A stretch of 64,000 nucleotides of DNA, from NCBI GenBank assembly GCA_038215615.1, contig JBBQQR010000010.1:1-64000 (forward strand), read 5' to 3'. Shown here piece by piece: positions 56,593 through 64,000 of the stretch. This DNA comes from Vulcanimicrobiales bacterium. Its GTDB lineage: Bacteria; Vulcanimicrobiota; Vulcanimicrobiia; Vulcanimicrobiales; Vulcanimicrobiaceae. Both the position numbers and the translations under genes were made by a program. Under the pieces are notes generated by a model. That model was given only the letters and a program-made list of their open reading frames with translations. It did not search any database and was not told the origin of the DNA. Every line of letters begins with the position of its first letter. Position 1 is the first letter of the stretch.

Positions 56593-57446
56593 GCCCGCTC
56601 TGGGTCGACCAAGAAGCCGAACGTTTCTGCCGTGAGATGGCGCGCCGCGAGGCGAAGAATTTTTACTGGGGATTCATTTCGCTGCCGCACGAGCAGCGGA
56701 TAGCGATCTACGCACTGTACGATTTCGCACGCCAAGTCGACGACGAAGTCGATAGCGCGCCGCGCCCGGAGTTGATTCCGGCGAAGTTGTCGGCGCAGCG
56801 CGATCGGATCAGGAGCACCGAACATTCGCCTGAGGGCGATCCGGTCATGCACGTGCTTTCGCGCGCGGTTGAACGGTACAACATTCCCGAAGCGGAACTG
56901 CTCGCGCTCGTCGACGGCGTCGAGATGGATTGCACGAAGACGCGCTACGCGACGTGGACCGATCTTCGTGAGTACTGCGCGCTCGTCGCTTCGATCGTCG
57001 GACGGATGTGCGTGCGCATCTTCGGTTTCGACGACCCGAAGGCGCTGGATCGCGCCGACGATCTCGGTTTGGCCCTGCAATTGACCAACATCATGCGCGA
57101 CGTGCGCGAGGATGCCGCAATGGGCCGTGTTTATCTTCCGCAAGAAGATTTGGCGCGGTTCGGCATCTCTGAGGAGGGTTTGCTCGACGGCAATCCGGGC
57201 GAGGGCTGGGAGCAGCTCGTCGCGTTCGAGACGCAGCGGACGCGCGCGTTTTTTGAGAGCGGTTATCAGGTGCTCGGATACATTCCGCGCCGCCCTGCAG
57301 CCTGCGTGCAGACGATGGCCGGCATCTACGAGCGCATCTTGGAAAAGATCGAACGCGATCCGCAGCTGCCGCTGCGCGAACGCGCGGCGCTCTCGAACGG
57401 AGAGAAACTGCGCGTCATGGTCGCCTCGTGGCTGCGCCCCGGGTAG
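56586..57446 (+). CDS. hpnD: Presqualene diphosphate synthase HpnD
   Basis: NFYW, DDEVD, ALQLTNIMRDVREDA..GRVYLP. Confidence 0.9.
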   Translation: MLSPLWVDQEAERFCREMARREAKNFYWGFISLPHEQRIAIYALYDFARQVDDEVDSAPRPELIPAKLSAQRDRIRSTEHSPEGDPVMHVLSRAVERYNIPEAELLALVDGVEMDCTKTRYATWTDLREYCALVASIVGRMCVRIFGFDDPKALDRADDLGLALQLTNIMRDVREDAAMGRVYLPQEDLARFGISEEGLLDGNPGEGWEQLVAFETQRTRAFFESGYQVLGYIPRRPAACVQTMAGIYERILEKIERDPQLPLRERAALSNGEKLRVMVASWLRPG

Positions 57447-58708
57447 GGGTTGCGGGCGGCGGTCTCGCCGGACTGGCCGCAGCGCTCGATTTAACGCGCG
57501 CCGGATGCGAAGTGCACCTCTTCGAACGAAGCCGCTTGTTGGGCGGGCGCGCCACGTCATTCGAGATCGACGGGTACACGGTCGACAACGGTCAGCACGT
57601 CTACCTGGCATGTTGTACGGAATTCACCGGCTTCGTCGAGCGCGCAGGTATGGCCGACGCGCTCTATATCCAAGATCGATTCGACGTCACCGTGTATTCG
57701 CACGGCGTTCGCAGCGAGCTCAGAGCTGCAAATCTGCCGGCTCCTTGGCATCTGATCGCATCCATGGCTGCATACCGCCATCTGGGTATTCGCGGAAAAT
57801 TGCAACTGGCGCGCGCGCTGTTGGCGCTCTCACGTGAGAGCGCTCCGCAAGGAAGCTTTGCGGAGTGGCTGCGGCTGCACGGCCAAAGTGCCCAAACGGT
57901 TCGCGCGTTCTGGGATCCGTTTATGGTGCCGGCGCTAAACGCGCCGCTGGAGGCCATGAGCGCCGCGGAAGCGGCGTTTGTGATCAGGACGGCGTTCCTG
58001 GGCGAGCGCGGTGCCGCGCGATTCGGATATACGAAAGTGCCGCTCGCGCACATCATGGAAGCGGCCGCGCGCGACCTCGCTTCGGTGCGCCGGGCGACGG
58101 CCGTTTTGGAGCTGGAGACGTATGACGGCGGCGTGCGGATACGAACTGCAGACGCGCAGGACGACATTTTTGACGCGGTGGTTCTTGCGCTGCCGCCGCG
58201 CGCGCTGCACCGCCTTCTCGGAGAAGAGCCGCGTTTCGGCGTCACGGACCTTGATAAGTACGAAGCGAGCGCGATCATGGACGTGCATCTGTGGCATGAC
58301 TGCGGCCGGCTAGATTTCGACTTTTGCGCGCTGCTCGATTCGCCCGTGCAATGGATCTTTCAAAAAGGCGACGGCTATCTCTGCTGCAGTTTGAGCGCGG
58401 CCGGCGCGCTCGTGTCGACTCCGACCGATGAAGTCGTCGGCGCGATGTGGCACGAAGTGTCGGCGGCGCTGCCCGAGCTGCGCGGCGCGCGACTCGTGCG
58501 CGGCGCGGCCACGCGCAACCCTGAAGGAACGTACCACGCGCGGCCGGGCACCGTGCGACCCGCGGCGCGCACCCTCGATCCGCGTGTAACGATAGCGGGA
58601 TCGTGGACGGCCACGGGCTGGCCCGATACTATGGAGTCGGCGGTGCGCAGCGGCCGCGAGGCCGCGCGCGTTCTGCTCGAACAAAAAGCATGGACGACAG
58701 GGCCTTAA
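57428..58708 (+). CDS. hpnE: Hydroxysqualene dehydroxylase HpnE
   Basis: GGGLAGL, LGGRATS, DNGQH, WP.TMESAVRSG. Confidence 0.92.
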   Translation: MAAPRVGVAGGGLAGLAAALDLTRAGCEVHLFERSRLLGGRATSFEIDGYTVDNGQHVYLACCTEFTGFVERAGMADALYIQDRFDVTVYSHGVRSELRAANLPAPWHLIASMAAYRHLGIRGKLQLARALLALSRESAPQGSFAEWLRLHGQSAQTVRAFWDPFMVPALNAPLEAMSAAEAAFVIRTAFLGERGAARFGYTKVPLAHIMEAAARDLASVRRATAVLELETYDGGVRIRTADAQDDIFDAVVLALPPRALHRLLGEEPRFGVTDLDKYEASAIMDVHLWHDCGRLDFDFCALLDSPVQWIFQKGDGYLCCSLSAAGALVSTPTDEVVGAMWHEVSAALPELRGARLVRGAATRNPEGTYHARPGTVRPAARTLDPRVTIAGSWTATGWPDTMESAVRSGREAARVLLEQKAWTTGP

Positions 58709-60576
58709 CCGCGTCGGTCAACTGGCTGCTGGAGCGTCAAGCTCCCGCCGGCTGGTGGACCGGCGAACTCGAAACAAACGTGACGATGACCGCGGAGCAC
58801 GTATTGTTGCTGCGTTTCCTGGGCGTTCCCATCGATGCGATTCGCGATGGTGCGATCCGCCATATTCTGCACCATCAGCGCGAAGACGGATCGTGGGCGC
58901 TCTACTATGAAGGTCCCGCCGATCTCAGCACGACGATCGAAGCCTACGTCGCGCTCAAAGTGCTCGGCCTCGATGCCGGCCGCGGCGAAATGCGACGCGC
59001 GCTTGGAGTGATCCGCACTCTGGGCGGATTGACGCAAGCTCGCGTCTTCACGAAAATTTGGATGGCGCTCTTCGGTAAATATCCGTGGGACGGAATACCG
59101 ACCATGCCGCCGGAGATTATCTACTTCCCGTCGTCGATGCCGTTCAATCTCTACGACTTTTCGTGCTGGGCGCGCGGAACGGTCGGGCCGCTGTGCGTGG
59201 TCATCGCGCGCCGCCCGCGCCGCGAGCTCGGCGTCGCGGTGAGCGAGATCGTCAATACGGGGACGCAGGCGCTCATGCATCGCGTTCCGGGTTCCGGCTC
59301 GCTGTGGTGGGTCGACCAGCTGTTGAAGCTGTACGAGCGCCTTCCTTACAAGCCGGGCCGCAATGCGGCATGCGCCAAGATGATCGACTGGGTCGTGCAG
59401 CGTCAGGAAGCCGACGGAAGCTGGGGCGGAATTCAGCCGCCGTGGGTCTATTCATTAATCGCGCTGGACCTTGAAGGTTACGGTCTCGACCATTCGGTGA
59501 TGCGCAAAGGCTTGCACGGCATGGAGCGCTTTGCATGCGATGATGAAACGGGATGGCGTTTTCAGGCGTGCATGTCGCCCGTGTGGGATACCGCGTGGGC
59601 GATCCGCGCGCTCTATCAAGCCGGACTGCGCGCGGACCATCCGGCGATGCGGCGCGCCGTCGACTGGATGCTTTCCGAGCAGATACCGCCCGATGCGCCC
59701 GGCGATTGGCAAGTACGCTGCAAAGGCGAACCGTGCGGCGGCTGGGCGTTTGAATTCGATAACGACGTCTATCCCGACATCGACGATACGGCCGTGATCG
59801 TCTGCTCGTTGCTCGAAGGCGGAAAGGGCGCTGCGGTGAGCGCTTCGATTGAGCGCGCCGTGCGGTGGACGCTGGCGATGCGATCCAGCAACGGGGCATG
59901 GGCTGCATTCGATCGCGACAACACGAGCGAAATTCTCTACCGCATGCCGTTTTCCGATTTCGGTGCCATGATCGATCCGCCGACCGAAGATGTCACGGCA
60001 CACGTACTGGAGATGCTCGCGATGCTCGGGCGCGGCGAACGCGATCCGTATGTGGCGGCCGGGCTGAAATACGTGCGTGAAACGCAGAAAGCGGGCGGAC
60101 ATTGGTTCGGCCGCTGGGGCGTCAACCATATCTACGGAACGTGGTGCGTCGTGTCGGCGCTCGCGCAACTGCGCGCGGGCCGCGACATGGTCGAGCGTGC
60201 AGCCCGGTGGACGATCGCCATGCAAAACAGCGACGGCGGCTGGGGCGAAAGCTGTCATTCGTACGGGGATGAGTCGTTTGCCGGCGTCGGCACGAGCACG
60301 CCTTCGCAGACGGCTTGGGCCATCATGACGCTGCAGTGGGCCGGCTTGCGCGAACATCCGGGCGCGCAGCGGGGCCTGCGCTTCCTCCGCGAACGCCAGC
60401 GTTCCGACGGAACCTGGGACGAGCCTCATTTCACCGGTACCGGATTTCCGCGCGACTTTTATCTGAACTATCACATGTACCGCCATCTCTTTCCGGCCAT
60501 GGCGTTGGCGATGGACCGTCCTGAGCGCAACGAGGGGGGAATATCGCCCGAAACCCAGCACATAACCGTTTCATGA
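58690..60576 (+). CDS. shc: Squalene-hopene cyclase
   Basis: DIDDTA catalytic motif, QW repeats, SPVWDT, TGTGFP. Confidence 0.97.
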   Translation: MDDRALTASVNWLLERQAPAGWWTGELETNVTMTAEHVLLLRFLGVPIDAIRDGAIRHILHHQREDGSWALYYEGPADLSTTIEAYVALKVLGLDAGRGEMRRALGVIRTLGGLTQARVFTKIWMALFGKYPWDGIPTMPPEIIYFPSSMPFNLYDFSCWARGTVGPLCVVIARRPRRELGVAVSEIVNTGTQALMHRVPGSGSLWWVDQLLKLYERLPYKPGRNAACAKMIDWVVQRQEADGSWGGIQPPWVYSLIALDLEGYGLDHSVMRKGLHGMERFACDDETGWRFQACMSPVWDTAWAIRALYQAGLRADHPAMRRAVDWMLSEQIPPDAPGDWQVRCKGEPCGGWAFEFDNDVYPDIDDTAVIVCSLLEGGKGAAVSASIERAVRWTLAMRSSNGAWAAFDRDNTSEILYRMPFSDFGAMIDPPTEDVTAHVLEMLAMLGRGERDPYVAAGLKYVRETQKAGGHWFGRWGVNHIYGTWCVVSALAQLRAGRDMVERAARWTIAMQNSDGGWGESCHSYGDESFAGVGTSTPSQTAWAIMTLQWAGLREHPGAQRGLRFLRERQRSDGTWDEPHFTGTGFPRDFYLNYHMYRHLFPAMALAMDRPERNEGGISPETQHITVS

Positions 60577-61580
60577 GCACGCCATTCGCACAGAAAGTCG
60601 CTATCGCCAAATACGTCCTCGGCAAGAAGATGGCCGGCGTAGAGAAGTACGCGCTCGTGATGGAGTTGGAGCCGCTGTATCAGTGCAATCTCGCGTGCGC
60701 GGGTTGCGGAAAGATCCAGCATCCCGCCGAGACGTTGCGCAAACGCCTGAGCGTCGAGCAATGTTTGACCGCGATTGAAGAGTGCGGCGCTCCGGTGATT
60801 TCGATCGCCGGAGGCGAACCGCTGGTGTACGAGCACCTCCCGCAACTGGTTGACGAGCTCGTGCGCCGCAAGAAAGTCGTTATCGTCTGCACGAATGCGC
60901 TGCTGCTCGAGAAGAAAATCGATCAATTCACGCCTTCGCCGTACTTTACGTGGATGATCCACCTGGACGGCATGCGCGAACGGCACGATGAAGTCGTCTG
61001 CCGTGACGGAACCTTCGACAAAGCTGTCGCGGCGATCAAAGTTGCGCAGCAAAAGGGCTTCCGTGTCGGCACCAACACGACATTTTTCGACCCGGATGAC
61101 GCGACGGCGATCCGCGGCGTGCTCGATTACCTCAACGACGAGCTCAAGGTGGACGCGATGCAGATTTCCCCGGGTTATGCCTACGAAAAGGCGCCCGACC
61201 AAGAGCATTTTCTCGGAGTGGATCGTACGCGCGCGATCTTCAGAGAAGCCTTCGCGGGCGGTAAACGGAAAAAGTGGCGCCTCAACCATAGCCCGTTGTA
61301 TTTGGATTTTCTCGAAGGCAAGTTCGACATGGAATGCACGCCGTGGGGGATTCCGTCGTACTCGATCCTGGGATGGCAGCGGCCGTGCTATCTGATGTCG
61401 GATGCGCCGTACGCGCAAACGTACAAAGAGTTGATCGAAGAGACGGATTGGTCGCTCTACGGGCGCGGAAAAAATCCGAAGTGCGCGAACTGCATGGCGC
61501 ACTGCGGGTACGAACCGACCGCCGTGGTACGGACCACCGGCTCGGTCAAGGAGAGCATCCGCGCGGCACTTGCGCACTGA
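60573..61580 (+). CDS. hpnH: Adenosylhopane synthase radical SAM HpnH
   Basis: CNLACAGCGKI, CTPWG, CANCMAHCGYE. Confidence 0.95.
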   Translation: MSTPFAQKVAIAKYVLGKKMAGVEKYALVMELEPLYQCNLACAGCGKIQHPAETLRKRLSVEQCLTAIEECGAPVISIAGGEPLVYEHLPQLVDELVRRKKVVIVCTNALLLEKKIDQFTPSPYFTWMIHLDGMRERHDEVVCRDGTFDKAVAAIKVAQQKGFRVGTNTTFFDPDDATAIRGVLDYLNDELKVDAMQISPGYAYEKAPDQEHFLGVDRTRAIFREAFAGGKRKKWRLNHSPLYLDFLEGKFDMECTPWGIPSYSILGWQRPCYLMSDAPYAQTYKELIEETDWSLYGRGKNPKCANCMAHCGYEPTAVVRTTGSVKESIRAALAH

Positions 61581-62541
61581 CCGCGTTTTCCTAACCGGTG
61601 CGAGCGGATTCGTCGGCTCTCACATTTTACGCGAACTCCTGAGTGCGGGTTACAGCGTGCGTGCATTAGCGCGCGGGAAGCTGAATACGAATGGCGGCTT
61701 AGAGATCGTCCAAGGTGATCTTCGTCGCGCCGGCGACTTCGCGCGCGCTTTGGAGGGCTGCCGGTATCTCGTGCACTGTGCCGCGCTGTACTCGTTCGCT
61801 CCAGGCGCCCGGCGCACTCTGCACGATGTCAACGTCCGCGGAACCGAGGGCTTATTCGAAGCGGCGCGTGTCGCCGGCGTGCAGCGCGCGGTTCTCACAT
61901 CCAGTTCGGCAACCCTTGGGCCCGCGCGCGACGGAGAGCCCCGCACCGAAGACGATTACGCTCCGGGCGGCGGTTGGGGCTATCATCATTCGAAGGTAGA
62001 GCAAGAACGTGTTGCGTTTGCCGCGCGCGTTCCGGTGGTTGCGCTGTTGCCGACGGCCCCGGTCGGTCCGGGCGACGCCAAGCCGACCCCCACGGGCCAG
62101 CTGGTTCTGGAGTTCGCAAAAGGAAAGATCTTCGCGAAACCGCCGCGCGGCGGCGGAATGAATTTGGTTCCGGTCGAGGACGTGGCGCGCGCGCACGTGA
62201 CTGCGCTCCAACGCGGGAGAACCGGAGAGCGTTACATTTTAGGTGGCGACAATCTTACACTGGACGAGGTGTGGACGTTGCTCGCGGCGGCGACGGCGCG
62301 AAAAATGCCCGCGTGGCGCGCGCCGGCTTGGCTCGCGCTCGCAATCGCGCACGTGGATGAAGCGCGCGCGCGTGTGACCGGCACCCGGCCGTTCGTGCCG
62401 GTGGAAGGCGTAAAGCTTTCGCGTGAGCTGATGTTTGCCGATAGCGCTAAAGCCCGGCGCGAATTGGACTTTCATCCAGGCTCCGTTGCGGGCGCGCTCG
62501 AGCGCGCGGTGAACTGGTATCGCGCGCATGGCTACTGCTGA
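61570..62541 (+). CDS. hpnA: Hopanoid-associated NAD-dependent epimerase/dehydratase HpnA
   Basis: TGASGFVG, YxxxK, KPTPTG. Confidence 0.85.
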   Translation: MRTDRVFLTGASGFVGSHILRELLSAGYSVRALARGKLNTNGGLEIVQGDLRRAGDFARALEGCRYLVHCAALYSFAPGARRTLHDVNVRGTEGLFEAARVAGVQRAVLTSSSATLGPARDGEPRTEDDYAPGGGWGYHHSKVEQERVAFAARVPVVALLPTAPVGPGDAKPTPTGQLVLEFAKGKIFAKPPRGGGMNLVPVEDVARAHVTALQRGRTGERYILGGDNLTLDEVWTLLAAATARKMPAWRAPAWLALAIAHVDEARARVTGTRPFVPVEGVKLSRELMFADSAKARRELDFHPGSVAGALERAVNWYRAHGYC

Positions 62542-63124
62542 TCGTATCACAGTCGTTGCGGCGACCGGCCTCGAGGCGCGCGCGGCCAAGGCCGCCATCG
62601 GAAATCGCGCGCGGGTCATTCAGTCGGGAATCGCGCTGCGCGGCTTGCGGGGAGATCCGGGTTCGACTGTGATTAGCTGCGGGTTAGCCGGCGGTTTGCG
62701 CGATGATTTACCGACCGGTACGGTATTAATTCCAAGCGAGGTGCGCCGCCCCGACGGAACCACGCTGACGTGCGATCCGGAACTCACCGCATCGCTCGTG
62801 CGCGCGGCGCGCGCCGCCGGATGCGAGCCGGTCGAAGCCCCGCTGCTAACGGCCGCGCGGATCGTGCGCGGTCCGGAGCGGATGCGCTGGGCGCGACAAG
62901 GTTACGCCGGCGCCGACATGGAGTCCGGACTACTGCAGGCGCCGCGCATCGCATGCGTGCGTGTGATCCTTGATACGCCGGTACACGAGTTTTCGGCGGC
63001 GTGGGGAAATCCGGCCTTGGTTATTTTCCGGCCCGACGCGTGGTTCGACATTCCATTTCTTGCTCGTGTTGCACCGCGTTGCGCGGCGCTGGCCGCTCGC
63101 ATTGTCGCCGGGGCGCTACCTTAG
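62528..63124 (+). CDS. hpnG: Hopanoid-associated nucleoside phosphorylase-like HpnG
   Basis: SCGLAGGL, DMES, VRVILD; last gene of the hpn operon. Confidence 0.8.
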   Translation: MATADRITVVAATGLEARAAKAAIGNRARVIQSGIALRGLRGDPGSTVISCGLAGGLRDDLPTGTVLIPSEVRRPDGTTLTCDPELTASLVRAARAAGCEPVEAPLLTAARIVRGPERMRWARQGYAGADMESGLLQAPRIACVRVILDTPVHEFSAAWGNPALVIFRPDAWFDIPFLARVAPRCAALAARIVAGALP

Positions 63125-63206
63125 GTTCGCTCGACGCTCCGGGAGTCAGTCGCGGCGTGCCCCGGGCAGCAGAAGACGGTGCCGTACTCGACGGTGGCGC
63201 GGCTTT

Positions 63207-64000
63207 TTATCGAAGCAGCGCGGAAATGTCTTGCGCGGGGACCGGGGCGTGAAAATAGATGCCCTGTCCCGATTTGCATCCAAGCGAGAGCAGCGTTTCT
63301 GCCTGCGCTTTCGTTTCGATGCCTTCGGCAGTGACGCGCAAACCGCAAGCTTCGCCCAATCCCACCAATAGCCGCACGATTTGTTCGCCCTTCGGATCGT
63401 CGAGGGCGGCGATGAAACTTTGATCGATCTTGAACGAGTCGATCGGGAGCGACGTGATGTACTGCAGCGACGAATAGCCCGTGCCGAAATCGTCGATGCA
63501 CAGATCGACCCCCGCGGCTTTGAGCGTTTCCAAAATTCCGGCCGCGCGGTGTTCGCTTTGCAGAAGCGACGTCTCCGTAATCTCCAGCGAGAGCATCTTC
63601 GGGTCGACGCAATACGTGCGGATAAGCTTCCGCAAGAAGTCCGGAAGATTCGGCTGCAAGACTTCTTGCACGGAGAGATTGACGTTCAGCCCAAGATTCG
63701 AATAGCCGGCCTGGTGCCAGCGCGCGAGATCTCGGCAAGCGGTGTCGAGCACGAAACGGCCAACCGGTTCCATCAGCCCCATCTCTTCGGCGAGCGGCAG
63801 AAATGCCGCCGGCGCGAGGTAGCCCTGTTTGGGATGATTCCACCGCAGTAGCGCTTCGACGCATTCGACGCGCTGCGTATCCAGCATGACGATTGGCTGA
63901 TACATGACGACCAGCTGCCGCTCTTCGATCGCCGCCCGCAGATCGAGACGTAACGAGAGGCGCTGAAGCGCCTCTTCGTGCATCGTCGGCGTGAAGATCG
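63207..64000 (-). CDS. EAL-domain c-di-GMP phosphodiesterase (5' part outside the window)
   Basis: YQPIV, EALLRW, DDFGTGYSSL, AEGIET; frame open at the window edge. Confidence 0.92.
   Translation of the reverse strand, partial: IFTPTMHEEALQRLSLRLDLRAAIEERQLVVMYQPIVMLDTQRVECVEALLRWNHPKQGYLAPAAFLPLAEEMGLMEPVGRFVLDTACRDLARWHQAGYSNLGLNVNLSVQEVLQPNLPDFLRKLIRTYCVDPKMLSLEITETSLLQSEHRAAGILETLKAAGVDLCIDDFGTGYSSLQYITSLPIDSFKIDQSFIAALDDPKGEQIVRLLVGLGEACGLRVTAEGIETKAQAETLLSLGCKSGQGIYFHAPVPAQDISALLR

Noticed and set aside
56343..57611. 422-aa minus-strand ORF
   Set aside because: Antisense shadow of hpnCDE
59455..61577. Two long (368 aa) minus-strand ORFs
   Set aside because: Antisense to shc and hpnH; expected in GC-rich DNA; no motifs
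1..64000. Prophage, integrase, transposase, CRISPR-Cas or defence-island genes
   Set aside because: No such motifs in any translated ORF; the window is dominated by housekeeping and envelope genes

Overview
This is a GC-rich, gene-dense bacterial chromosomal segment of mostly core and accessory metabolism. Orphan peptide-binding lipoproteins, Pro/Thr-rich secreted proteins, Cu-amine-oxidase-N/beta-barrel fusions, TolC and hopanoids together suggest a diderm Terrabacterium such as Ca. Eremiobacterota/Vulcanimicrobiota; this is inference only. Recognisable loci: two c-di-GMP enzymes at the window edges; a pcp-PHP-EF-G2-SBP-pyrE-like operon; an ECF sigma gene coupled to an anti-sigma/MGMT fusion; a GH125; sufCDSU with divergent sufR-iscU-like-cupin; folD; tldD/pmbA; an efflux adaptor with TolC; an AhbAB-like fusion; NDH-2; a LeuA/AksA-like synthase; tandem dppA; fumC; and a hopanoid cluster (hpnIK, fni, hpnCDE, shc, hpnH, hpnA, hpnG). 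I saw no rRNA, tRNA, CRISPR array or transposase. The best candidate for an undescribed system is the ECF sigma factor (10067-10723) overlapping a gene (9343-10080) that fuses a zinc-binding anti-sigma (ZAS) domain to an intact O6-alkylguanine alkyltransferase, potentially an Ada-independent alkylation-damage switch. Other notable signals: a 158-bp structured element with perfect 26-bp terminal inverted repeats; a PHP phosphoesterase with a histone-H1-like tail; evidence for non-canonical (CTG/ATA/ATC) starts; an unannotated micro-ORF with twin hairpins; and a palindromic operator between the suf promoters.
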